Shown here: positions 8,481 to 18,001 of the stretch, piece after piece
How the letters are laid out: the number at the start of each line of letters is the position of its first letter
Position numbering within the stretch: the stretch's first letter is position 1
DNA from: Terriglobia bacterium
GTDB lineage: Bacteria > Acidobacteriota > Terriglobia > Acidiferrales > UBA7541
Length of the DNA: 64,000 nt
NCBI GenBank assembly: GCA_020073375.1
Contig: JAIQFG010000007.1
Span: 30,762-94,761, forward strand
Reading direction: 5' to 3'
Notes under the pieces: generated by a model
What the model saw: only the letters and a program-made list of their open reading frames with translations
What the model was told of the DNA's origin: nothing
Database searches by the model: none
Made by a program: the position numbers and the translations under genes

Positions 8481-9788
8481 ATGAGATGGAAATGTGTCTT
8501 CTGGATGCTCTGCGGAATATTTGCGGCTGCGACAACGCTCCGGTCGCAGGACCAGTCCGTCGCCGTTCGGGCCGGGCATTTGTTCGACGCCAAGACTGGC
8601 CAAATGCTTACAGACCAGGTCGTCCTGATCAAGGGCGACCGGATCACCGATGTCGGCCCCGCCGCACGAGTTACAATTCCTGCCGGCGCCACGGTGATTG
8701 ACCTGAGCAAGGCCACCGTCCTCCCAGGGATGATCGACGCGCATGTGCATCTCACGCGCCAGATCGATTCCATCCCCTACCAGACCCTGGAGGGGCTGCA
8801 ATCCGCGCAGACCGCGATGAATGCCGGTTTCACAACGCTGGTCGACTTCGGAGGCCGCGGAAATTACGACACGATCGACATCCGCGACGCAATTGACAAC
8901 GGCATTGTTCAGGGCCCGCGCCTGCAAGTGTCGGGACCTCCCATCGATCCCAGGGCTGCCAATCCAGTTACGCCGCCCACGATGATTCTGGAAGGCGGCA
9001 TGCCCAACGACTTCGGCGTGAATTCGCCCTCGGAAGCCATCGGAGCGGTGCGCAAGCTGAGGCAATATGGCGTCGACTGGATCAAGATTTACGGCACGCA
9101 GGATTTTGTCGGCGGCCGCAACGGCTACCGCGTCTTCCGGCCGGACGGCACGATGGTCAATATCCCCTCGTTAACCTTGCCGGAAATTCAGGCCATCGTG
9201 GATGAGGCGCACCGCAGCGGCTTGAAAGTCGGATGCCACGTCTATGGCGGGGAAGCCATGCACAGTTGCATCGCCGCCGGCGTGGACCTGACGATGCACG
9301 TGCCGGAACTCGATGACGAGTCCGTGAAAATGCTGGTCCAGAAAAAACTTCCCCTGCAATTCACCATCGACGATATTCGCAACCTGGAAAAGACGGATTT
9401 GAAAATCACGGGCGGAAAAATGAGCCGCCTGATCCTCACGGAAGCCGCCTATAAGAAAGCCATGGCGGCTGGCATACCGCTGCCTTTCGGAAGCGGCGTC
9501 ACCGTGCCGCTGGATGAAAACATTTTGATGTCCAACGGCAAGCAGGCCAATCAGTTTGCTTTCTTTGTGAAATGGGGGATGAGCCCGGCGCAGGCTTTGC
9601 AGACCGCTTTCACCGTGGCCGCCGGCGTTCTCAACTACGGCTGGGCGGATCGCGTGGGTACGCTGGAAAAAGGAAAGTTTGCCGACCTGATCGCCGTGTC
9701 GGGCAATCCGCTCACGGACATTACCGAGATGGAGCGTGTCAAATTCGTGATGAAGGGCGGAGCGGTTGTGCGAAATGACCTGAAATAA
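8481..9788 (+). CDS. Secreted amidohydrolase-family metallo-hydrolase
   Basis: ORF 8271..9788. ATG 8481 is preferred: it has GGAGGG upstream and gives the signal peptide MRWKCVFWMLCGIFAAATTLRSQ. It has the H-x-H metal motif VLPGMIDAHVHL and an overall amidohydrolase pattern. Confidence 0.8.
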   Translation: MRWKCVFWMLCGIFAAATTLRSQDQSVAVRAGHLFDAKTGQMLTDQVVLIKGDRITDVGPAARVTIPAGATVIDLSKATVLPGMIDAHVHLTRQIDSIPYQTLEGLQSAQTAMNAGFTTLVDFGGRGNYDTIDIRDAIDNGIVQGPRLQVSGPPIDPRAANPVTPPTMILEGGMPNDFGVNSPSEAIGAVRKLRQYGVDWIKIYGTQDFVGGRNGYRVFRPDGTMVNIPSLTLPEIQAIVDEAHRSGLKVGCHVYGGEAMHSCIAAGVDLTMHVPELDDESVKMLVQKKLPLQFTIDDIRNLEKTDLKITGGKMSRLILTEAAYKKAMAAGIPLPFGSGVTVPLDENILMSNGKQANQFAFFVKWGMSPAQALQTAFTVAAGVLNYGWADRVGTLEKGKFADLIAVSGNPLTDITEMERVKFVMKGGAVVRNDLK

Positions 9789-9847
9789 TTCGGTCCGATG
9801 GAGCCGCATTGCCGGAGCATCGCGCCGGAGATTGGCCGCGCTAAGAA

Positions 9848-11338
9848 ATGGCACCGACCACATTCATGAACAGACCTCCTATTGGACACGTCGATCTGCA
9901 AGAGATGGCCAGGCAAGAGATGCTGGCGAACGGCTTTGAGCCGGAATTTTCTCCCCCGGTTCAGCAGCAACTGGGGGAATTGAACGCCCATCCTCCTCAA
10001 GTTGCGCCCAGTGGGGCCATCCGCGATTTGCGCGATCTGCTCTGGTCCTCCATCGACAACGATACTTCGCGGGACCTTGACCAGATTGAATTCGCCGAAC
10101 GCCTGCCAAACGGCGAAACAAGAATCCTCGTGGGCATCGCCGACGTGGATACCTTCGTCCCAAAGACCTCTCCCATTGATTTGCACGCCGGAAAAGAGAC
10201 GACAACCGTCTACACGGGCGTCAGGAATTTCCCCATGCTGCCCGAGCAGCTTTCCACCGGCACAAGCTCGTTGCTGGAGGCCGCCGACAAGCTGAGCATC
10301 GTGATCGAGTTTGTCGTGGGCACGAACGGAATCGTCCATTCCGGCGACATCTACAAAGCCATTGTCCGGAACAAGGCACAGCTTACCTACAACGCCGTGG
10401 GCGCCTGGCTTGAGAATATGAGCGGACCGCCGGGCAAAGTCGCTGCTTCCCCGCAACTTCAAGCGCAGCTCAGGATTCAGGATGAGGCCGCGCAGGCATT
10501 GAAGAACGAGCGGTACCGCCACGGGGCGCTGAACATCGAGACCATCGAGATTCACCCCTTGATCCTGAACGAAAGAATCGTGGACGTCGTGAAGCAGGAG
10601 AAGAGCCGCGCCACCGAACTGATCGAGGATTTCATGATCGCCGCCAACGAAGTCGTGGCGCGCATGCTCGAGACCAACAAAGTGTCGTCCATCCGGCGCG
10701 TGGTGAAAACCCCGGAACGCTGGCCACGAATTGTGGAGCTGGCGGCGAAGTTGGGCGGCCGGCTTCCCGCCGTTCCCGATTCCAAAGCGCTCAATGACTT
10801 CCTGGTCCAGCGCAAGGCCGCCGATCCCGATCACTTTCCCGACTTGTCGCTCGCGGTCATCAAGCTGATGGGACCCGGCGAGTATGTCCTCGAGCGCCCC
10901 GGAGATCCGGAGCAAGGACACTTTGGTCTGGCTGTTCAGGACTACACCCACTCCACGGCGCCCAACCGCCGCTTCGCCGATCTTGTGACGCAAAGGCTGA
11001 TCAAAGCCCTCCTTGCAAGCCAGCCTGCTCCATACTCCGACGATGAACTCGGCGCCATCGCGCTCAATTGCACGTCCAAAGAAGACGCAGCGCGAAAAGT
11101 AGAAAGGGAAATGTCAAAACGCATCGCCGCGGTCGCGATGAGCAGCAGAATCGGCGAAGTGTTCGATGCCATCGTTACGGGAGTGAATCAGCACGGAACA
11201 TTCGTCCGCGTTTTGAAACCCGCCATAGAAGGCTTGCTGGCGCAGGGGCAGCAGGGCGCGGACGTTGGTGACAAGTTGCGTGTAAAACTGATTCGCACGG
11301 ACGTCCAGCGGGGATATATCGACTTCGCCCGCGACTGA
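9848..11338 (+). CDS. RNB-domain exoribonuclease (RNase II/R family) with C-terminal S1-like domain
   Basis: RNB catalytic-domain motifs: DNDTSRDLDQ, VYTGVRNFPMLPE, LIEDFMIAANE and HFGLAVQDYTHSTAPNRRFADL. S1-like tail GEVFDAIVTGVNQHGTFVRV. Confidence 0.8.
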   Translation: MAPTTFMNRPPIGHVDLQEMARQEMLANGFEPEFSPPVQQQLGELNAHPPQVAPSGAIRDLRDLLWSSIDNDTSRDLDQIEFAERLPNGETRILVGIADVDTFVPKTSPIDLHAGKETTTVYTGVRNFPMLPEQLSTGTSSLLEAADKLSIVIEFVVGTNGIVHSGDIYKAIVRNKAQLTYNAVGAWLENMSGPPGKVAASPQLQAQLRIQDEAAQALKNERYRHGALNIETIEIHPLILNERIVDVVKQEKSRATELIEDFMIAANEVVARMLETNKVSSIRRVVKTPERWPRIVELAAKLGGRLPAVPDSKALNDFLVQRKAADPDHFPDLSLAVIKLMGPGEYVLERPGDPEQGHFGLAVQDYTHSTAPNRRFADLVTQRLIKALLASQPAPYSDDELGAIALNCTSKEDAARKVEREMSKRIAAVAMSSRIGEVFDAIVTGVNQHGTFVRVLKPAIEGLLAQGQQGADVGDKLRVKLIRTDVQRGYIDFARD

Positions 11339-11355
11339 GCGCGCCTGCTGCGCCC

Positions 11356-11384
11356 TTGACACTCCTCGTACTCTTAGCGATTAT
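11356..11384 (+). promoter_or_regulatory. Candidate sigma70-type promoter
   Basis: TTGACA (11356-11361), 17-nt spacer, GATTAT (11379-11384), ~35 nt upstream of ATG 11418. Confidence 0.3.
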
Positions 11385-11417
11385 CATGCCGGTTTTTTTG
11401 AACGAGGGAGTGTGCCC

Positions 11418-12728
11418 ATGTTTGAAAAGGCAGGCGCCAGGACGATCACCAATCCTTCGCGGCGCGATTTTCTGACGGCGGCTGCGGCAGGGCTTGGCGG
11501 ACTGGCGATCGCGCAAACCACGCCTGCGCGTCCCGATATCGTCCGAACCGATTTTTCAACGCTTGCGCCGTACGGCAACGGCACCCTTCCCGCCGGCATC
11601 CGTTCGCGCCAGATCCCGAATGTGAATGGCCTGACCGTGCACATCCTGGAAGCGGGTTACGAAACGCCGGGCCGGCCGGCTGTCTTGCTGTTACATGGAT
11701 TCCCCGAGCTTGCTTATAGCTGGCGCAAAGTGATGCCGGCTCTGGCGGCCGCCGGGTATCACGTGATCGCCCCCGATCAGCGCGGTTACGGCCGCACCAT
11801 CGGCTGGGACGATTCCTACGACGCCGACCAGGACCCGTTTCGCATTCTGAACATGACCCGGGACGCCATCGGCCTGGTCTACGCGCTTGGCTATCGCTCG
11901 GTTGCGATGGTGGTCGGACACGATGCCGGAGCGCCAGTCGCGTGCTGGTCAGCGCTCATCCGCCCCGATATTTTCCGTTCGATCACCATCATGAGCTCGC
12001 CGTTTGAAGGCGCGCCCTCATTGCCCTTCGACACGGCAAACGGCGCACCCCTGCCGCGCCCGGCAGTCACCGATGACGAGCTGGATGCCGAGCTGGCCAA
12101 GCTCAACCCGCCGCGAAAATACTATCAGAACTATCAGCGCACCCGCGGCGCCAGCGACGACATGCTTCATGCGCCGCAAGGCCTGCACGCCTTCTTCCGC
12201 GCCTATTACTTTTACAAGAGCGCCGACTACAAAGGGAACAACCCCCATCCTCTGAAAGCGCGCACCGCCGAGGAGATGGCGCAAATTCCGAACTACTATG
12301 TGATGGAGAAGGACAAGGGCATGGCGGCGACCGTAGCGCCGGTCATGCCGCCCGCGGATTACATTGCGAAATGCAAATGGCTGACCGAAGCCGAGGTCGA
12401 TGTGTATGTGACCGAATACGGCAGGACTGGTTTCACAGGCGCGCTGCAGGGCTATCGCGTGCGGCGAGGATCCGATCCCAGAAGCATCGCTGAGATGCAG
12501 ACGTTTTCGGGCCGCACCATAGATGTGCCCTCCCAGTACATCGATGGGAAAAGCGATTGGGGCAGCTATCAAACCCCGGGTGCAATCGACAAGATGCGCA
12601 ATAGCGCCTGCACGCACATGGCCGGATTCCATTTTCTCGATGGCGCCGGACATTGGGTGCAGCAGGAACAGCCGGAACAAGTGAACGCATTGCTCGTTCA
12701 ATTCCTGCGCGATTACGCAAAGCCCTGA
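11418..12728 (+). CDS. Tat-signal alpha/beta hydrolase, epoxide-hydrolase-like
   Basis: ORF 11412..12728. ATG 11418 is preferred (GAGGGAG 7 nt upstream). Twin-arginine signal SRRDFLTAAAAGLGG. It has an H-G-F-P oxyanion motif (LLLHGFPELAYSW) and a G-H-D-A-G nucleophile elbow, as in epoxide hydrolase/dehalogenase-type enzymes. Confidence 0.75.
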   Translation: MFEKAGARTITNPSRRDFLTAAAAGLGGLAIAQTTPARPDIVRTDFSTLAPYGNGTLPAGIRSRQIPNVNGLTVHILEAGYETPGRPAVLLLHGFPELAYSWRKVMPALAAAGYHVIAPDQRGYGRTIGWDDSYDADQDPFRILNMTRDAIGLVYALGYRSVAMVVGHDAGAPVACWSALIRPDIFRSITIMSSPFEGAPSLPFDTANGAPLPRPAVTDDELDAELAKLNPPRKYYQNYQRTRGASDDMLHAPQGLHAFFRAYYFYKSADYKGNNPHPLKARTAEEMAQIPNYYVMEKDKGMAATVAPVMPPADYIAKCKWLTEAEVDVYVTEYGRTGFTGALQGYRVRRGSDPRSIAEMQTFSGRTIDVPSQYIDGKSDWGSYQTPGAIDKMRNSACTHMAGFHFLDGAGHWVQQEQPEQVNALLVQFLRDYAKP

Positions 12729-12867
12729 CCGCATACCCCCTCGCGCGTCGGCCAAACAATACGTTCGCGCTCAACCCGTGAGACTTCCATCAAATACAAG
12801 AGAAATCCATACGACACAGTTAAAGCCGCGGGAATTTCGGAGCCAGGCCATTTCCGAATCATTCCTG

Positions 12868-12897
12868 TTGACACTCCGGATCGTTGGGCGGTAACTT
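12868..12897 (+). promoter_or_regulatory. Candidate sigma70-type promoter
   Basis: TTGACA (12868-12873), 18-nt spacer, TAACTT (12892-12897), ~95 nt upstream of ATG 12992. Confidence 0.3.
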
Positions 12898-12991
12898 CCG
12901 CTACAGACTAGGTGATTTCTTCGACATTTCCCGGGGCATTTTACGGCACGCAGCCGGTTTTCCGCGCGCGATCTAATTTTGGAGGCGTATC

Positions 12992-15283
12992 ATGAAATCA
13001 GAACGGAGCTTGCGGATCGGGCTCGCTTTACTGCTGGTGTGTTTGGTTGCTGTTTGCATCGGCCAAGTGGAAGCCAGACAGGCGCGGCATGCTGAAAATT
13101 CAGTTCAGATCAACTCCAACGATATTGGTGGTGTTGTCGCCAGCTCGAAAGGCCCCGAAGCGGGCGTCTGGGTGATTGCGGAGACCACTGATCTTCCCAC
13201 CAAGCTCGTCAAGATCGTCGTCACCGACGATCAAGGGCGATACCTGCTTCCCGAATTGCCGAAAGCCTCCTATCAGGTATGGGTGCGCGGATACGGCCTT
13301 GTGGATTCCGAGGCTGTGCAAGCGGCGCCTGGCAAGCCGCTCAACCTCACCGCGGTAATTGCGCCGACCGCGAAGGACGCCGCGAAATATTACCCGGCTG
13401 TGTATTGGCTTTCGCTTATCAAGGTGCCGGACAAGAGCGAATTCCCCATGAAGCCCACGCCCATGCCTCCGTTCAAGGGAGAAACAGCTAAGGCGGCGCC
13501 GGCCGCGCCGAATGCGATTATGCCGATTGCTCAGCGCGAAGGCGGCGCCAGACCCAACCAACAGGCAGTGCCGAATGAGGAAGCGCTTGCGCTGCGCCCC
13601 ATCACCACGCAGGAGCAATGGATCGACGTCATGAAACAGGGTTGCCAGCAATGCCATCAGCTTGGCGACTTCTTCACGCGCGATCTCTCGCACCTGGCGC
13701 GATTCGGTTTCAAATCGCCCGAGGAAGCATGGTCCACGCGCATCCACTTCGGTCAGGCCGGCGCCGACCGAATGAGCGGCACGCTCCCTCGTTTCGTCGA
13801 CCAGCAGCGCGCCATCAAAATGTTCACGGACTGGAGCGACAGGATTGCGGCGGGCGAGCTGCCGCCCACACCCCCGCGGCCGGAGGGCATCGAGCGCAAT
13901 CTGGTCATCACCATGTGGGATTGGGGAAAACCCTCAGGGCACCCTCATGACGAGATCAGCACCGATAAGCGCCATCCGTCCGTGAACGCAAACGGACTGG
14001 TCTACGGCGCCGATTACAACGATGATGACCTGTTGTGGGTCGATCCGGTCAAAAATACCGCCGGCGCCATCCGGGTTCCGACCGTAGCGGACCGCTCGAC
14101 CATGAAACCGACGTGGCCCAAGAATATTTCCGCGCCGTCGCCATTCTACGGAAACGAAATTCTATGGAACGGCGTCGGGGGACCGCACAACCCGATGATG
14201 GATGAAAAGGGAAGGGTGTGGGTCACGTCCAATGTTCGCCCGGCAGAAAATCCGGATTTCTGCAAGGCCGGATCGAGTTCGCCGTTTGCGCAATATTTCC
14301 CGTTGAACACGGCAGGCAAGCACGCCGCCGTCTATGATCCCGAAACCAAGCGATTCGTTCCCATCGATACCTGCTTCAACACGCACCATCTCCAATTCGG
14401 TTACGACAAAGATGACACTCTGTTCTTCAGCGGGCCTGGCGGCCAGGCTTTCGGCTGGCTCAATACGCGGGTCTTTGATGAAACCGGAGACGCGAAGAAG
14501 GCGGAGGGATGGTGCCCTGCATATCTCGATACCAACGGCGACGGCAAAATTGATCCCGCAGTGGACAAGCGAATCCCCGTGAACGGCTACGGTGCAATCG
14601 TGAATCCAAAGGACGGCTCGATCTGGTTTGCCACCACCAATCCTACTCCCGGACATCTGCTCCGCATGACGCTCGGCTCAAACCCGCCCGCCACCTGCAT
14701 GGCGGAGGTCTACGAACCTCCATTTTATAATCCGAAGGCCCCCGGCATCTCCGGCTACGCGCCGCGCGGGGTTGATATCGACCGCGACGGCGTGATCTGG
14801 ACCGCGCTTTCCGGCAGCGGCCAGCTGGCGAGTTTTGACCGCAGCAAATGCAAAGTCCTGAATGGCCCAACCGCGACCGGACAGCAATGCCCGGAAGGTT
14901 GGACCGTGTATACCGCGCCCGGCCCCAAGATGAGGGGCGTGACGGACAATAGCAGCGCCGATTTCGAGTATTACAACTGGGTGGACCAGTTCAACACGCT
15001 CGGCTTGGGAGAGAACATCCCCATCGTGACCGGCACAAGTTCGGATTCACTGCAAGCGTTCAACCCCAAAACCAAAAAATGGACGGTCTTGCGCGTGCCC
15101 TATCCGATGGGCTTCTTCTCCAGAGGAATGGACGGCCGGATCGATAATCCAAACACCGGTTGGAAAGGCCGCGGAATCTGGGCGACCTACGGCGGCGATA
15201 TGACCTGGCACATTGAAGGCGGCGCCGGCACGAAAAATAAAGTCGTCAAATTCCAGTTGCGCCCAAGTCCTCTGGCTGACTAA
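12992..15283 (+). CDS. Secreted CarboxypepD_reg-like domain protein with one CXXCH motif and a propeller-like C-terminal region
   Basis: GGAGG upstream of the ATG. Signal peptide. The N-terminal GGVVASSKGPEAGVWVIAETTDLPTKLVKIVVTDDQGRYLLPELPKASYQVWV resembles a carboxypeptidase-regulatory fold. MKQGCQQCHQLG lies at ~13643-13657. The long C-terminal part is rich in G/D/W turn motifs. Confidence 0.7.
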   Translation: MKSERSLRIGLALLLVCLVAVCIGQVEARQARHAENSVQINSNDIGGVVASSKGPEAGVWVIAETTDLPTKLVKIVVTDDQGRYLLPELPKASYQVWVRGYGLVDSEAVQAAPGKPLNLTAVIAPTAKDAAKYYPAVYWLSLIKVPDKSEFPMKPTPMPPFKGETAKAAPAAPNAIMPIAQREGGARPNQQAVPNEEALALRPITTQEQWIDVMKQGCQQCHQLGDFFTRDLSHLARFGFKSPEEAWSTRIHFGQAGADRMSGTLPRFVDQQRAIKMFTDWSDRIAAGELPPTPPRPEGIERNLVITMWDWGKPSGHPHDEISTDKRHPSVNANGLVYGADYNDDDLLWVDPVKNTAGAIRVPTVADRSTMKPTWPKNISAPSPFYGNEILWNGVGGPHNPMMDEKGRVWVTSNVRPAENPDFCKAGSSSPFAQYFPLNTAGKHAAVYDPETKRFVPIDTCFNTHHLQFGYDKDDTLFFSGPGGQAFGWLNTRVFDETGDAKKAEGWCPAYLDTNGDGKIDPAVDKRIPVNGYGAIVNPKDGSIWFATTNPTPGHLLRMTLGSNPPATCMAEVYEPPFYNPKAPGISGYAPRGVDIDRDGVIWTALSGSGQLASFDRSKCKVLNGPTATGQQCPEGWTVYTAPGPKMRGVTDNSSADFEYYNWVDQFNTLGLGENIPIVTGTSSDSLQAFNPKTKKWTVLRVPYPMGFFSRGMDGRIDNPNTGWKGRGIWATYGGDMTWHIEGGAGTKNKVVKFQLRPSPLAD

Positions 15284-15380
15284 AACAGCGGCTTGCGAGA
15301 CTCCTCTTGCGACGAATGGAAACGTCGGTCATTCCCAAACGGCCGCGGCTCGTAGTGAGGGTTTACCCAATGGAGGAAAC

Positions 15381-16388
15381 TTGAGAATCCCGGTGATTGG
15401 TTTGATGGTTCTGTGTGTAGCTGCCGCTGTCCCTTATGCCCGGAGCCAGAACAATTCGCGGCCGACAATCGCAAACGAACAGGACTTCCGCCGCGCGATG
15501 AAGGAGCTCTCAAATTGGGGACGATGGGGCGCGGACGACGAACTCGGCGCCGCAAATCTGATCACGCCCGAGAAGCGGAAACAGGCCCTCGCCCTGGCCA
15601 AGGAGGGCGTGCCCATTTCCCTCGCGCATGACATTGCCCAGGAAGTGACCGCCGATGCGCCCTTTATTCTGGAGAGAACTCTAAACGATGTTACCGACTC
15701 GGGCACCACGGATCGATACCAGTACACAGGGACGTATCATGGCGTGGTCCACAGCCATATGGACGCCGTTGATTGTCACGTCATGTACGAAGGCAAGGGA
15801 TACAACGGCCGTGCGATGGAGGACATTAAAGCGGCGGGCGGCTGCCCGAAGGGAAATATCACCGCGATGAAAGACGGCGTCGTAACGCGCGCCATCCTGT
15901 TTGACGCCACGCGCCTGCCCGGAAAAGCCTCTCCCGAGGGCTGGCTCGAACCAGGAACGCCCGTCCACCGGGAAGACCTGGAAGCCCTGGAAAAGATCGA
16001 GCACGTAAAAGTCGCGCCCGGCGACATCATTCTTCTATACACGGGCCGCTGGAAGCGGCGCGCCGCCAAGGGACCGTGGAGCAGGGAAACCGGTTTCGCC
16101 GGCTATCATGCCGATGTCGCGTACTTCCTGAAAGAACGCGGGGTCTCTTTCATCGGAAGCGACGGCCCGACCGACACGATGCCCTCGGGCTTTCCCGCGC
16201 CTATCCGGATCCCGCTTCATCAGTTGGCGCTGGCCTCGATGGGCATCAGCATTTTCGACAATCTTGATTTTGAGAGAGCCGTCGATCATGCCCGGCAGTT
16301 GAACCGCTACGAGTTCCTGTTTACGGCCGCCCCGCTGCGGGTCGCGCTGGGAACGGGCTCGCCGCTGAATCCTCTGGCAATTTTCTGA
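15381..16388 (+). CDS. Secreted cyclase-family (kynurenine-formamidase-like) protein
   Basis: ORF 15213..16388 overlaps the upstream gene. More plausible starts are TTG 15381 (GGAGGA just upstream; gives LRIPVIGLMVLCVAAAVPYARSQ) or ATG 15405. NWGRWGADDELGAANLIT and HSHMDA motifs fit the putative-cyclase family. Confidence 0.7.
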   Translation: MRIPVIGLMVLCVAAAVPYARSQNNSRPTIANEQDFRRAMKELSNWGRWGADDELGAANLITPEKRKQALALAKEGVPISLAHDIAQEVTADAPFILERTLNDVTDSGTTDRYQYTGTYHGVVHSHMDAVDCHVMYEGKGYNGRAMEDIKAAGGCPKGNITAMKDGVVTRAILFDATRLPGKASPEGWLEPGTPVHREDLEALEKIEHVKVAPGDIILLYTGRWKRRAAKGPWSRETGFAGYHADVAYFLKERGVSFIGSDGPTDTMPSGFPAPIRIPLHQLALASMGISIFDNLDFERAVDHARQLNRYEFLFTAAPLRVALGTGSPLNPLAIF

Positions 16389-16489
16389 ACCGGCAAGGAT
16401 TTGGACCTGGGGGAAATCTGTAACGTGCTATTGCCGGAAAAGCCGGATCAATCGTGGCGTCCATGGGGCGAGTTAATGCGCGTTGTTGT

Positions 16490-17383
16490 TCAGGCCTTGC
16501 CCGCCTGTTGGTAAAACGCGAGCACATTCGTCACGCATTCCTCGGCATTCGCTACCGCCACATGGTAGGCGTCGCTTGTTAATACCAACAGCCTGGAATT
16601 CGGAATTTTCGGCTGGTAACGAAGAACCGTTTCCACCGTTTGCAATGCGCTTTGATCGGAGGTGATGATCAGCGTGCGGGCGGAGATACGCGGAAGCAAG
16701 TCCTCGACATTGATCGCAGCAAGCAATGTTTCCATTTGCCGTTTTGTTTCAGGGCGCATGTCCTCCCTCAACTTGTCAAAATATGCGATTTCTTCTGAAG
16801 TGGCTGCCGAGCCAAGCCTAAGTTGCTGGGAGTTATTTTCGGTCTTGGGGCTCAGCGCGTTAAACGGGCCGCTCGCCACCACCACCGTGCGTGTGCGCTG
16901 CGGATAGCTCGCTGCAAACTGCATCGCAATCGCCCCTCCGGTCTTCGCGCCCACGATGTGCGCGGACTGGATTCCCATCGCGTCAAGAAAATCCGCCAAA
17001 AACTTCGCGAAACCCGCGAGAGACCATTCAAAATTAGCAGGCGCGGTGGAACCTCCGAATCCAGGCAGATCGGGCCGAAACAGCCGGTAGCGCTGTGCCA
17101 TGCGCGGCACCCAGCCGTACCAGATTGCACTCGTTTCCAAATTGCCGTGCAGGAAAATTACTGGGTCGGAGTTCAACCAGGGCGCGCCCAGCCAGTCTTC
17201 TTTGTAGTAAGCGGAAATTCCGGATTTGAGCAAGATGGTGGACCCGCCTCGTTCCCTGGTTTGCTCGGGTATCGCTGCTCCCTCCGCATTAAGCCCCATG
17301 CCTTCCGAAAGTGCAGGGAGTCCGGCAACCGCAAGCCCCCACTTCATCAGCCCTCTCCTGCTCGGTTTCGATAATGAGTTCAC
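16490..17383 (-). CDS. Tat-signal alpha/beta-hydrolase-fold protein with atypical nucleophile elbow
   Basis: SRRGLMKWGLAVAGLPAL signal and a VIFLHGNLETSAIW oxyanion region. The elbow reads HIVGAKTGGAIAM, so Lys sits where Ser is expected. The C-terminal SDAYHV His is retained. Confidence 0.75.
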   Translation of the reverse strand: MNSLSKPSRRGLMKWGLAVAGLPALSEGMGLNAEGAAIPEQTRERGGSTILLKSGISAYYKEDWLGAPWLNSDPVIFLHGNLETSAIWYGWVPRMAQRYRLFRPDLPGFGGSTAPANFEWSLAGFAKFLADFLDAMGIQSAHIVGAKTGGAIAMQFAASYPQRTRTVVVASGPFNALSPKTENNSQQLRLGSAATSEEIAYFDKLREDMRPETKRQMETLLAAINVEDLLPRISARTLIITSDQSALQTVETVLRYQPKIPNSRLLVLTSDAYHVAVANAEECVTNVLAFYQQAGKA

Positions 17384-18001
17384 GATGCTCGCTCCTTTCC
17401 TTATGCTGGATTGCGAATAGCGCGAAATACCGACATCTCAGAGGATCGCTTTCACGATCGCTCAGCGAATTGGACCGCCCTCGGCGATTGTCACCACACT
17501 ATAAATCACGACGCCAGCGGCCGAAACCCTCGTTGAAAGGAGCAGTACCGGCCAACACGCCGTCGCGAAACGATGGAAGATTCGCAATCCGGACTCCTTG
17601 GAATTTGGCGCTGTAATATCGCTAAAGCATTGATGCGCGCATTCTACATCGTTTCGATTTCAATAGGGTGCCCATTGCAGAACGTGGGCGCTGATGCGCT
17701 TGCCCCGAACTGTCTCAACGGCAACTTGACCTGACTTTATGTGCCGGACGAGTGGATAGGTTTACAATATTACGCGGCGGCTCACCGGGCGCATTCTGCG
17801 AGGGATTGCGCCGTTACCATCGCCAGCAGTATTTATGAGCCAAAGACCGCAACCGATTACGGCGCCGGACAGCCTCCGCACTCAAAAATCCGGCTGGAGC
17901 ATTGCACGCTAAACGGTTTGGGAGTACGTTAACGGTCGGCCAAAAGTCAAAACGGAAAATCCAGATATACAGTTCTCGATTCAGTGTGCCGGGGAGCCGA
18001 T

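Noticed and set aside
9635-10993. 452-aa minus-strand ORF antisense to the RNase II-family gene
   Set aside because: It has the Arg/Gly/His/Leu-rich, motif-free composition typical of an antisense frame in GC-rich coding DNA. The plus-strand ORF carries clear RNB and S1 motifs.
17384-18001. 618-bp intergenic region scanned for tRNA, sRNA or small genes (e.g. the 63-aa ORF 17741..17932)
   Set aside because: I saw no cloverleaf-compatible sequence, strong hairpin or SD-preceded ORF. The small ORFs have no start context.
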